Shown here in pieces: positions 51,331 through 64,000 of a stretch of DNA of 64,000 nucleotides (the first letter of the stretch is position 1; each line of letters starts with the position of its first letter). The notes below the pieces were generated by a model that saw only the letters and a list, made by a program, of their open reading frames with translations, made no database searches and was not told the origin of the DNA. Origin of the DNA: Eledone cirrhosa (Eukaryota); NCBI GenBank assembly GCA_964016885.1, contig OZ024762.1, forward strand, positions 10,912,001-10,976,000, read 5' to 3'. The position numbers were made by a program, and so were the translations under genes.

Positions 51331-51761
51331 AACTTTCTCATGGAGAGACAACAGTGAACACTTAAGCTGTTGACGTTCACTTAGTCACAGAACTTATTAG
51401 TTGGGGATGCATAATAATTATCTATAGTTTATCACATTCAAGAATATGGTAGACAGTTTTTAAGCACAACACACGCCGAGTCAAAATAAACATGGCCGGC
51501 AGGCACTACGTGAGCGACAGTACACTCTCTAACCAGCGTTCAACGTCTTTCCTCGCACATGTGCGCATGCGCACAACAGCGAAAACACCGCATCGCTGGA
51601 ACCAATAGTTTTGTTTCAGGGTGGTACCAGGGGACAAGTCCCCTCCAGAACCAAGGGCCTTGTTTCAGGGCGGTACCAGGGGACAAGTCCCCCGCCTCCT
51701 CCCTCACACACTTTTTCAAACGTCTATGTTTTATTTTTTGTTTATTTAATATAAATTCTTT

Positions 51762-51989
51762 TTAACCTTTAAGCATTTAAACAGGCCATATCCGGCCAGA
51801 ATTTTCTCACCTCTTTCTGTTCAAACCGGACTTAGCTAGCCACTCATACTGATGTTAAGGTATTGTTTACAAAATAAATAATATCAATATCTCATAGATT
51901 CGATATCATGTAAGTTAATATTTAAGATAAAGCCTTTACTCTTTATTCTCTAATGTATTTTTGCAGTAATGTAAATGCTAAAGGGTTAA
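51762..51989 (-). mobile_element. piggyBac-like MITE, reverse orientation
   Basis: TTAA flanks; reverse complement of 18083-18299. Confidence 0.8.
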
Positions 51990-52489
51990 GCTTATTGTTT
52001 TTATATTTGAACTTCATTCGAATATATAAAATTTAATTAGCGTAAAATTTTATTTATGTGATAGGGTCCGGGAAAGGCATCTTAAGTAATACTAACACGA
52101 TTCTTTAAGGCAAACGAGGTCCCCGACTGGAACTGTTAAACACAGTTCAATACAAGGATTTTGGTAATTTTTCCTGAACAAGGGGGTGGCTACTGATATT
52201 GAACTTTAAGATTATATAATGTACAAGTATAAAGAAAGAATTTAAAAAAAAAAAAGACTCATTATATTGAATGTTTTCGATAATATCGAATGAAAATAAA
52301 ATAGGGGGTGTTGCAGTTGCTTTACACGAAACCATACTGATCCAATAGGTTCTTTAATGAGTTAGCTCTTTAATAGTACTTGGATAGTGTGTATGTATAT
52401 TTGTGTAGGTGTGTGTATGAGTTAGTATGTATGAACTAATGAGTGTATATATACAGGTATGTGTGTATGAGTTAGTATGTATGAACTAA

Positions 52490-52523
<34 letters not shown>

Positions 52524-52539
52524 GGTGTGTATGAACTCA

Positions 52540-53107
52540 GCTGTGCCCCTTGTACAAAACTAAGAAAACCTTGACTTGGAGAACAGCCAGGGACACCCAC
52601 TGCATCGGCCACTCTACTACACAGAACTTCCTCCACGGATGAGTTGCCCTCTTCCTCATTTTGAAGGATAGCCAGCTGTAGTATTTTACCCTTCACAGGT
52701 ACTCTTTGAATGGTGAATTTGATGTCTATGGTTCCTGGGTCATTGAAATACTGGTACAACTGATTTTTGTCAGCTTAGTGGACTGGAACAACATGAGAAA
52801 TAAAGTGCCTTGCTCAATGACACAGTGGACTGGAGCAACGTGAAATAAAGTGCCTTGCTCAATGACACAGTGGACTGGAGCAACGTGAAATAAAGTGCCT
52901 TGCTTAAGGACACAGTGGACTGGAGCAACATGAAATAAAGTGCCTTGCTCAAGGACACTGGACTGGAGCAACGTGAAATAAAGTGCCCTGCTAAAGGACA
53001 CAGTGGACTGGAGCAACGTGAAATAAAGTGTCTTGCTCAAGGACACAATGCCCATACTATGTGACTATGAACCAAACACTCCTCACCACAAAGCCACATG
53101 CCTTCAC
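52540..53107 (-). mobile_element. CORE-like SINE with its central domain amplified as a 45-bp unit, about 6 copies
   Basis: TAAAGTG at 52801, 52846, 52891, 52936, 52979 and 53024; tRNA-like head at about 53060-53107. Confidence 0.78.
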
Positions 53108-53864
53108 ACATAGAGGACATTTACATTGTAGGACATAACTCAGTTGTGATGACCAGGGGGGAGGGAAATATATTTGAAAATCAACAACAACAACAACAAC
53201 TGGTTAATTATTAAGCATAAAAAGAACATAATTTATTTAGAATAAAAACTTAATTACAAGAAACCGGAGGACCAGGAATGGAGATTGTAAAAATCTGAAT
53301 TTATACAACATTCCATTTTTATTTATTTATTTATTTATTTAAAAAAAAAAAGTTTTTTCCAGGTATTTTTTGCTTTCGGTTAATTTAGAGAAAAAAAAAA
53401 AAAAAGAACAGGTAAAAACAAAAAAAAAACAAAGAGAATCAAACGAACAACAGTGATAAAAAAAAGAAAAAAAAAAAAACAAATGTTCACCATAGATTTA
53501 TTATATATATATATGTTGCGTGTGTATGTGTGTGTTTGAATGTGTTGTGTGGGTGTGGTAGGTCTTGTCCCCACCACACTCAATTTACAGCCATGTTTTA
53601 AATTCCTTTTTTTTTTACTGCTAGGTTTTAGTCTTTAAGTGAAGTTGTCTTTGCAAAAAAACAAAAAACAGCAACAGTCTGTGAGGCGGAGGGAGGGGGG
53701 GTGAGTGATTTACAACCCTTTCCATAATATATATACATATATATAAATAAATATAAATATATATATATAAATAAATATAAATATATATATATAAATAAAT
53801 TTATATATATATATATATATAAATTTAAATATATATATTTATATAAGAAAAAATATCAACATAA

Positions 53865-54092
53865 TAATGGTTTCAGATTTAGGCACAAGGCCAGCAATTT
53901 GAAGGGGAGGGGGAGGAAGTCGACTAAATCGACCCCAGTGCATTACTGGTACTTTATTTTACCCCCCACCCCCCAAGGATGAAAGGCAAAGTTAACCTCG
54001 GCGGGATTTGAACTCAGACCGTAAAGGGTCGTAAACTAAATGCTGCAAAACATTTCGTCCGACGCTCTACCGATTCTGCCAGCCCACCACCC
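53865..54092 (-). mobile_element. SINE family A copy
   Basis: Reverse complement of head, domain and tail. Confidence 0.78.
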
Positions 54093-54404
54093 TCAGACCC
54101 CCCCTCCCCCCGCAATAATAATAATAATAATAATAATAACAATGTCACCGTAACAAACATGTTTTTTATAATGTCCTATAGATAGTTCATATGAATACAC
54201 ACCTCAGTTTTCTTATTCGGCTTCTTCAAACTTAATGAATATATTTTTTTGAAGTCCTGTGTAAATATATATATATATGTATGTATGTATGTGTATATAT
54301 ATACATACATGTATTTTTTTTTATTATGTGAAAGTTGTGTATATATGAATGTATGTATATATGTATGTACATGTTAATACACACACGTGTGTATGTATGA
54401 GTGA

Positions 54405-54446
<42 letters not shown>

Positions 54447-54596
54447 GCGCGTGTCTATGTAGAAAATCTTGTAAATATGTATATATGTACATGTCTTTTT
54501 TATCATGTGTGTATATATGAGTGTGTCTATCCATGCATCATGTATATATATATATATATATGTATATACATATATGTATATATATGTATATATATA

Positions 54597-54650
<54 letters not shown>

Positions 54651-54944
54651 GTTATCTCATTTTTTTTCTTTTTACACATTTGTATATATAAATATATTAT
54701 ATAGTCATTCATTAGGCTTAAGTGCCACACAGACGATGCCCCTTATTTTCTGTGTCACAGTTAAGACTGCTGTTATATTACAGCCTGCCCCATTTATTTG
54801 AACATCCCGCCCCCCACAAAAAAAAACAATAAAAGGAGGTTCATGATTGTAGTTATCCAAACAAATTGTTTGTTTATCTCAGCATTCTTCACAAGTCCAT
54901 CAATGCAATAGTTGGTCAATCTCTCGTGTATATGTGTGTGTGTA

Positions 54945-54993
<49 letters not shown>

Positions 54994-55196
54994 ATTTGAT
55001 TTTTGTCTCAATTTGGTTAATTTTTCTATTTTAATTCAAGTTCGGTTTTGGGTTTACATTTAAATATTTTTTTTCTCTTGGTTTTATCCGGCAAAGGAAT
55101 TTGTTTAAAAAAAAAAGAAAATAAATAAATAAAATAATAATAAAAAGAAAAATATATATACACACATACACAAAATTTCTTTATTCATCCATCAAT

Positions 55197-55240
<44 letters not shown>

Positions 55241-55317
55241 GTATCCATATGTACATTCATCCATATATACATGATATATATATATCTATTCATTCATATA
55301 TACACATAACCATTCAG

Positions 55318-55368
<51 letters not shown>

Positions 55369-56959
55369 TTATATACCCATTCATCCATATATTATATATA
55401 TATATCCATCCATCTGGCATTGTATCATGGAGGAGAAAAATCTTCATGATATGAAAGGAGCACATGTATATATGTATGTGTATGTGTGAGCACATATATA
55501 TATGTGGGTTTATGTGTATATGTGCGTGTATATGTGTGCATATGTATATATATATGTATGTCTATATGTGTAAGCACATGTATATATGTGCGTGTATATG
55601 TGTGCATATGTATATATATATATGTATGTCTATATGTGTAAGCACATGTATATATGTGTGTCTATATGTGAAAGCACATGTATATATGTGCGTGTATATG
55701 TGTAAGCACATGTATATATGTATGTCTATATGTGCGTGTATATGTGTGTACGTATATGTGTGCATATCTTTTTGTGAGAGTGTACACAATACAATGTAAT
55801 TGTGTAGATATGCAAATATACGATAATTCTGGGAAATAAGGAAGATAAGATCGGAGAGGAAAATCCATTGAGTTGGAAACCTGTAGCAACAACCACTTTC
55901 ATCTATTTTGATCTACTTAAAATTTTGGTGATGGCATTCACGATTTCAGTTCAAAGATTTAACATATCTACGTTGATTAAGAAAGATGGATAAATAGGGA
56001 GAGAACGAGAAAGGAACGTAGTTTTGTAAAGTGGGAATTCTACAGCAAAATTATATGTGGGATAATTTCTGTTTTGTAAAAAAAAAAAAAAAGAGTAATT
56101 TTGACTGATTGTTCCAAGCTAGGACAATGAAGTTTTGAAGTGTTGGCCAAAAAAAAAAAAATATATATATATATTTCTATTATTTTATACAGCAACACCT
56201 CTCTACTCTCTAAAATAATTGATTGAAAAACTTTCTGAGTATTACTATATATTGTCCAGATTATTCCAAAATGATTTTTAAAATCTATTTATTATTCCAG
56301 ATAGATTCTTACTTACGAAAAGTGGAATAACCATCAAAGATACCAGTCAAGTCAGGTTACCATCTCCATTAAAAAAAATGTTTTTTTTTTGTCAAGAAAT
56401 TACATATTTCTGTTTTTTGGGGGGGAAGCAAGGTGTGTGTAAGATTTTTTTTATATTTTCATGTAAAAAGAAAAAAAAAAAAAAAGAAAATCAATGTTAT
56501 TTTCTCATTTCACTTTGTTTTACTTAAAAAAAAAAAAAGACGGATTTTTTTAAAAACAACAACAACATTTGTGGCAAGAGTACGAAGGAGTGAGATATCA
56601 TTCTTAGTTGATGGTGAGTGAATGAAAGATCAGAAGAACAAACTATTACATTATGATAGAAAAACAGGTAAAAATGGGTAAAAAGTGATTATGTATGATG
56701 AAGAGTTGATTGGCTGGTTTGGTTAAAGGTTTTATTCGGGGAGGACAGCGGGGTTTGATGACAATTTTGGCCAGTCGTTAATAGTTTGTGGTTGAAAAGA
56801 AATATAAGCACGTCAACTTGGTTATATTTACACACACACATATATATATACACACACACACACACACATATACATATATATATTGACACACACACACACA
56901 CACACATATGTGTGTAAACAGTCCAGTCATCTTTTATAAACACATGCAGTTGACTGTAT

Positions 56960-57152
<193 letters not shown>

Positions 57153-57389
57153 TGTGTGTGTGTATATATGCATGTGTGTGTGTATGTGTGGTGAGATGTA
57201 AAGTTCTTTTATTATGAATGGAGGGAAATATTTTCAACATTTTAACGTATTTAGAAAAATAAAAAATTCAACTTCAACAGTAATATTCAGTGATTATAAT
57301 TATGATGATGATGATGATGATAAACACCATCATCATCATCATCATATTGATCATCACCTTCAGTAGTAATGTATATATATATGTAGTAA

Positions 57390-57426
<37 letters not shown>

Positions 57427-57594
57427 ATGTATGTATATATATATATGTAGTAATGTATATATATATGCAGTTATATATATATATATATATATGTAGTAAT
57501 GTATGTATATATATATACATGTGTAGTAATGTATATATATATATATGTAGTAATGTATGTATATGTTTTATGTATATATATATCTATTGGTAGA

Positions 57595-58021
57595 CCTCAG
57601 TCGATTCCGATGATACAGGTTTCAGTTGATTCAATGATTGGATAATCCTGCTTATAAAATTAACACGCAAGTGCCTGAGCATTACACAGACATGTGCACA
57701 CTTAATGTAGTTCTCAGGGAGATTCAGCACGACACATTGTATAACAAGGCTGACCCCCTTGATTTATAGGTACAACACCTTTACTGCAATGTGAAGTTAA
57801 CTCTCTTGCTCAAGGTCACAAAATACTGCCCGTCCAGGAATCGAACTGATGACTTTATGATTGGGTTAATATTATCTATCGGGTCGCAACTCCAGGTAGA
57901 AGGAGCAACGTGAAATAAAGTGTTTTGCTCAAGGACATAATGCATTGCCTGGTCCGAGAATCGAACTCACAACCTCACGATTGCGAATCCAATTCTCTAA
58001 CCACTCAGCCACGCGCCTTCA
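57595..58021 (-). mobile_element. CORE-like SINE fragments (family B)
   Basis: GAATCGAACTC and CTAACCACTCAGCCACGCGCCTTCA head on the minus strand; TTGCTCAAGG domain present twice. Confidence 0.68.
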
Positions 58022-58627
58022 GTGATTAATAATAAGGATAATATTTTAATAATTTCTAGGATATAATTACATAAATGTTCAGCATGTATGTACAAATGAG
58101 ATACAGGATTAAATGTGAGAGTAAACTTTGGTGTTGGTATGGTTGGTGTTTGTATAAGTTAGTATTGATGTATACATATTAGTATAAGTTAGTATTAAAT
58201 GTATGTATAATTTACTATTAATTGACCAGAAGGCTGACAGAGGTAGATAGATAGATAGATTGAGAGGTAGATATATATATATATAGAGAGAGAGAGAGGT
58301 CGGTTCAAAGAATGATGAACAGACAGGTAGAATGTAAATTTAACCACTCATCTTTTACACAGATGGCCCGGTTCCATATAAAGCTGGTTATACACAGACA
58401 TACAAAGACCCCCTCAGCAACACTATCAGATTAATTTCCCCCAGCATCTATACATGTGTACATATATAAATACATACATACATATACACACACACATATA
58501 TATATATAGACAGTTGATTGATTATATCCCAGAGCTCATTCGCTGAGCGAGTGGGGTGGAGCTCATCAAATCGGATGATGAACCAATGTTTCCATTGGTC
58601 TTTCCAATATATATATACATATATACA

Positions 58628-58659
<32 letters not shown>

Positions 58660-58974
58660 CACACACATGGTGCTGCCAGTTGAATATCACAGAATTGCAG
58701 AAGTATGTTCCAGGAGAATATATATAAAAAAAAAATTTCAACATGACTAAAAAAAAAAGGAAAATTGGATAAATTTGAGCAAATTTGATCCCAGGTGTGC
58801 TTAGACTCCCATAAATGCATGTGTAAAGCAACACTGTGTTTAAGCTGTATGCATGTGCAGCCATGCAGTTGGTATATTGGTGCTGTGCACATCAAAAATG
58901 TTGCCACTTAGTAGCTTTGAAATGCAGATAGTCAGTATATGGAGACACTACACATTAAAATGTTGCCATACAGT

Positions 58975-59237
58975 GTGTGTGTGTGTGTGTGTGACAGCTC
59001 ACACCTATGCAGGTTTAGCTGGCCTCCTCCAAGGTATATCTCGTTGGAGGTGTCTTGGGTGATTTAATGATAGGGACCCCTGTCCTATCATCTCATTTCT
59101 ACAGCTGAGTAAACTGGAGCAATGTGAAATAAAGTGTCTTGCTCAAGGAAACAACACATCACCCCGTCCGAGAATTGAACTCACAACCTTTCGATTGCAA
59201 GCCCAGTGCTCTAACCACTAAGCCATGCGCCTTCACA
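58975..59237 (-). mobile_element. Full-length CORE-like SINE (family B)
   Basis: Near-identical reverse complement of 48096-48335. Confidence 0.85.
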
Positions 59238-60839
59238 TGTATACAGTAGTTTGGATTTTAACATATTTCGTTTCAAAGCATCAAATGTTCCAGTCAGTGT
59301 AATGGAAAAAATTAGCGGGAACTTTGGTGTCGAGGCATCAAAAGACAAAAAAAATTAAAAAATTAAAAATAAAATAAATATTGGATATTTGGACTCAGCA
59401 TAAACTTAAACTGTCCCAATATGTTACTTTAAAAAATGGTTTAAAAATTGAAAAAAAAAAAAAATTATTTTTAATTTTGGAAACATATACTGTATATACT
59501 TGTATATATAAGTTGCACCTCCCATATATGTGGTTATAAAAAATCGACTTCGTTAGTGAATATTTCAAGCCTAGCAAGATTTCACAGTTAAGTCATAAGC
59601 ATCTTTAAACAACTGATTTTTGATTTAGTAAAAAACAAAACTGTGACTTATCTGTACTATATATATATATATATATATATACATATTAATATATATATAT
59701 ATATCACGTCATTAAGTATGAAATATCCGATTTCAAATTGAAAGTACTTAAGGAAATTTGAGATTTCATACTTAATGACCTAATATATATATATATATAT
59801 AGGCATGTATATATGTATATATATTTTTTTGTTATTTATTATACATCGTGAGATAATAAGAATAAATATCATATTGATTTTTAACACAGCCACAATGAAA
59901 CAGATTGTTTGTGACAATGTATGAATATCATAGCTATATCATAGATATATCATAGTCATATCATAGCTATATCATAGATATTATGAGTGGATGACATATA
60001 TATAGTATATAACAGATCACATATATAGAAAACATCATAACTGTAGAGTTATGACATCTCAGTGACAATGTTACCAACATCATAGTTATGACCGATGTCT
60101 ATGAACATTGTACGAGATGTGTCATAAGGGTTGAAGTAATAGTCATAGTTGGTTAAATAAGAATATGATGTGATATCACCACAACCCAGTGCTTCTATCA
60201 TATTGTAGAGTAGACCCTGCACTAACCACTATGCCCTATTCTTATCCCCAGAACATCATCTCCCTGGAATTCTCTCCCTGCACATCACTTGCCTTTCCTG
60301 CAAATATTTAAACTAAACATCAATTTCATGGGTCTCAGAGGCCCCACAAAGGTTAAGGATCTAGACCCTTCCTGCAAATATTTAAACTAACCACCAATAT
60401 CATCAGTTTTGAGGCCCCGTAAAAGGTAAGGACCTAGAGACCCTTGCTGCAAATATTTAAACTAAACCTCAATTTCTTCGATCCTGCAGAGTTTATGAGA
60501 ATAGCCCTGCCCTGTTCTTCCTGACATAGCAAACAGTAATATTTGAATTATAAAACCAATCATTTATTTTGTATGGAGACTGATAGTTGGTGTTTCTGTT
60601 GTTATAGCGACAATTATTGGATCGACATCACCTAGAGAACTACACAAGTTATATATGTCTATATATATATAATATATATCAATAAATGTAATGAAGGAGT
60701 AACCAATCGTCCTTGTTATCCTTTCAATATATATATCATATATATATATGTCATACATACATATAATAAAAAAGTATATATAAACCCGTAATAGGGTGAA
60801 AGAAGCGATTCTTTGCTTAAACTTTAATTTGTACTAATA

Positions 60840-61319
60840 ATATACATATACATACATACATATATATATACATATACATATATATATATACATATATATA
60901 TACATATACATATATATATATACATATACATATATATATATACATATACATATATATATATACATATACATATATATATATACATATACATATATACATA
61001 TACATATATATATATACATATACATATATATATATACATATACATATATACATATACATATATATATATACATATACATATATATACATATACACATATA
61101 TATATATACATATACACATATACATACATATACATATATATATATATACATATACATATACATATATATACATATACATATATATACATATACATATACA
61201 TATATATACATATACATATACATATATATACATATACATATATATACATATACATACATATATATATATATATACATATATACATATACATATATATATA
61301 TATACATATATACATATAC

Positions 61320-61350
<31 letters not shown>

Positions 61351-61407
61351 CATATATACATATACATATATATATATATACATATACATATACACACATA
61401 TATATAC

Positions 61408-61482
<75 letters not shown>
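60840..61482. repeat. (TA)n/(TACA)n microsatellite
   Basis: Seen directly. Confidence 0.96.
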
Positions 61483-61483
<1 letters not shown>

Positions 61484-62349
61484 GACAATGGCAGTGTATA
61501 AATATCATAGACAGGAGAGATATATACCAATATATCTTTGCTGCAAATATATAAAGATATCATATGTATGGTTGTAAAGATAATCAGAAGAGTTAAGTAT
61601 GAAAGTGCGAGGCCAGAGACAGCCTTGGCCAGATTGCTCACAAAAAGGTTAATGATTGTCATTTTCAGGTTTCTGACCATACACTGGACATTTTTGAAGG
61701 TTACTGGGGGTTCTTTGGGGTTTTGTAGTGATAGTTTAAGTTACAAAGCTTTCATAAGTATGTTTCTTTGAATCAATATACCACTGGCATTTCATATATA
61801 TATATATATGGTGGCTGCCAACTCGTTTTCGAGTACGGCCACTACTTTATATCCATGTAGGAGAACCCCTACCGATGCGCTGAACGAATGTGACTTTTTA
61901 GTCCAGCCAGCGACTTGAAAACTCTGGTACAAAGACTACACTTGTGACCATTATTGACACATAGTGCAGGGCCCATGGTACCATGTGATGACAAGTGCAG
62001 AGAGATCTCCAGATATAAAGCAATGCCTGTGCTGTGAAGCTTTTATAGTGAGCAAAGGCACTGCACAAAGCCAGTCCCACTCTCTTAACCAAGATGATAT
62101 TTACCAAAAAGAAGAACAAGTCAACATCATATATATGCATATATATACATATATATACATCTATACATACATACATATATATTTATATTTATACATATAT
62201 ATATATTTATATTTATACATATATATATATTTATATTTATACATATATATATATATTTATACATATATATATATTTATACATATATATATATTTATACAT
62301 ATATATTTATACATATATATTTATACATATATATTTATACATATATATT

Positions 62350-62381
<32 letters not shown>

Positions 62382-62589
62382 CATATGTATGTATTTACAC
62401 ACATATATACACACACACACACATACACATATAGATACATATATTTAGACAGGCCAGAAGTGGTCCCAAGTAGCATTGCTATTGAAGGGGTTAAATCGGA
62501 TATCTTTGTCCCTTCATTCTTAGTTTATTAGGCCAATAATGCAGAGACCATTCCTGCCTCTAATGCCGTACGGCCCTATAATTTGAAGT

Positions 62590-62831
62590 TTAACCCTTTT
62601 GATTCCAAGCTACCCCTAATTGGCCCTCGTTCTAAGACACAAAACTTTATTTACCTAAAAACCTTCCATCATAATTTTATATAAGAACCTGTGTTATGTT
62701 ATGTTCCAAACACCACCGTTATAATGACCAAGCTTGTTACATGATTAAATGTCTCCAAATTCTTGATGGTTTTCGATTTTGAAAATTACAAACAGTGTAT
62801 TTCATGAAAAATATTGTAATGAAAGGGTTAA
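62590..62831. mobile_element. Second piggyBac-like MITE family (TTAA-CCCTTT...AAAGGG-TTAA)
   Basis: Termini plus TTAA flanks; the right end resembles the 48-bp unit at 25935-26763. Confidence 0.65.
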
Positions 62832-63102
62832 GCTATGGGAAGTGGGTGAGGTGTGGAGGGGTTGCTAAATGAATAAGACAATATCCCTGTTGGTGTGTTT
62901 TTATGTGTAAACACACACACACGCATATATCTATATATATATGTATATAAATATGTGTATCCCAGATTCAAATGGGGCTAACTACAATAAGTAAGGTACT
63001 CAATACATAGAGTATATACAATATTTAATATAGAAATGGCTTCTACAGCACTAGAACTGTTTCATTCGGAGGAAATCATCCTGTAGAAGCCATTTCTATA
63101 TC

Positions 63103-63140
<38 letters not shown>

Positions 63141-63255
63141 TTTAGATATAGATACATAGACAGACATATATATACACATACATGCACACACACACACACA
63201 CACACATAGATATATATACACACACAGATATAGATATATATACACACACACACAG

Positions 63256-63323
<68 letters not shown>

Positions 63324-63688
63324 GTTTTGTGTATATTTCTCTCCTAAACAGATAGAAACGACTTTGGAGTCACCCAGATTGTCTTCCTGTGTTCCCTGCT
63401 TGTCCCCCCCCCCCAAACAAACTAAACACCATCCTCTTCTTCCTCACACTGCCACCCATTTCCTTCTCCTTCTATATAATATTATATACACACACTGTGA
63501 AAGGAGAACTAATGTTTGTTTATTGGTAAACATATATTAAAACAAACATCAGTGGAATAGTAGTGGCTTTGTGTTGTCTTATCTTCCTTGTAGCTATATA
63601 TATACTGTTATGTTGTCAGTACATATATACACAACACACACATCATATACATACATTCATACATACATACACACACATATATATACAT

Positions 63689-63720
<32 letters not shown>

Positions 63721-64000
63721 TAGTGTCGTCAAGTATGAAATTTGTAGAAATTTATTTTTTTTCTACCATTTTCTACAAATTTCATACCTGATGACTCATA
63801 TATATATATAAATGGAGGTTTAGTAAAATCGAAGCTTCGGCTGTAGCCAAGCCAACAAGATACAACGAGGAATTGTGCAGCCAAGCACTCAATGAGGAAT
63901 CTCTTGAGTAATAACATTTGTTAGACGGCATGACAAATTGAAAACTGTGGCAGGTAAGCCTAGCCATGACACCGAAGCACCGAGAAAACCAACAGGTTAT

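Noticed and set aside
61510-62110. Complex sequence between TA tracts, possibly a Penelope ORF remnant or an exon
   Set aside because: Stops or no recognisable motif in the frames examined; it cannot be assigned without a homology search.
63812-64000. Possible exon ending at CAG|GTAAG near 63953
   Set aside because: No acceptor, no recognisable protein, and it lies at the window edge.

Overview
Eukaryotic, AT-rich and very repeat-dense window. The SINE families and long (TA)n/(CA)n tracts suggest a mollusc, probably a coleoid cephalopod such as an octopus; this is an inference. I reconstructed one intact protein-coding gene by hand on the + strand: a 12-exon MBOAT1/MBOAT2 (Oysgedart)-like lysophospholipid acyltransferase, ATG at 8565 to TGA ending at 37205, 505 aa. 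All 11 introns are GT-AG with consistent phases. The rest is tRNA-derived SINEs of two families, RTE- and CR1-like LINE fragments, piggyBac-, hAT- and Tc1-like MITEs, a dead hAT transposase, and many minisatellites, several amplified from sub-segments of transposons. The most unusual signal is a recurring class of fold-back elements set in (TA)n tracts. They carry minimal type I hammerhead ribozyme motifs (CUGANGA-stem II-GAAA-short stem III-NUH) in back-to-back pairs, an architecture resembling Penelope-like retroelement pLTRs. Two such motifs lie on the sense strand of MBOAT intron 8. Almost all ORFs in the supplied track are microsatellite artefacts.
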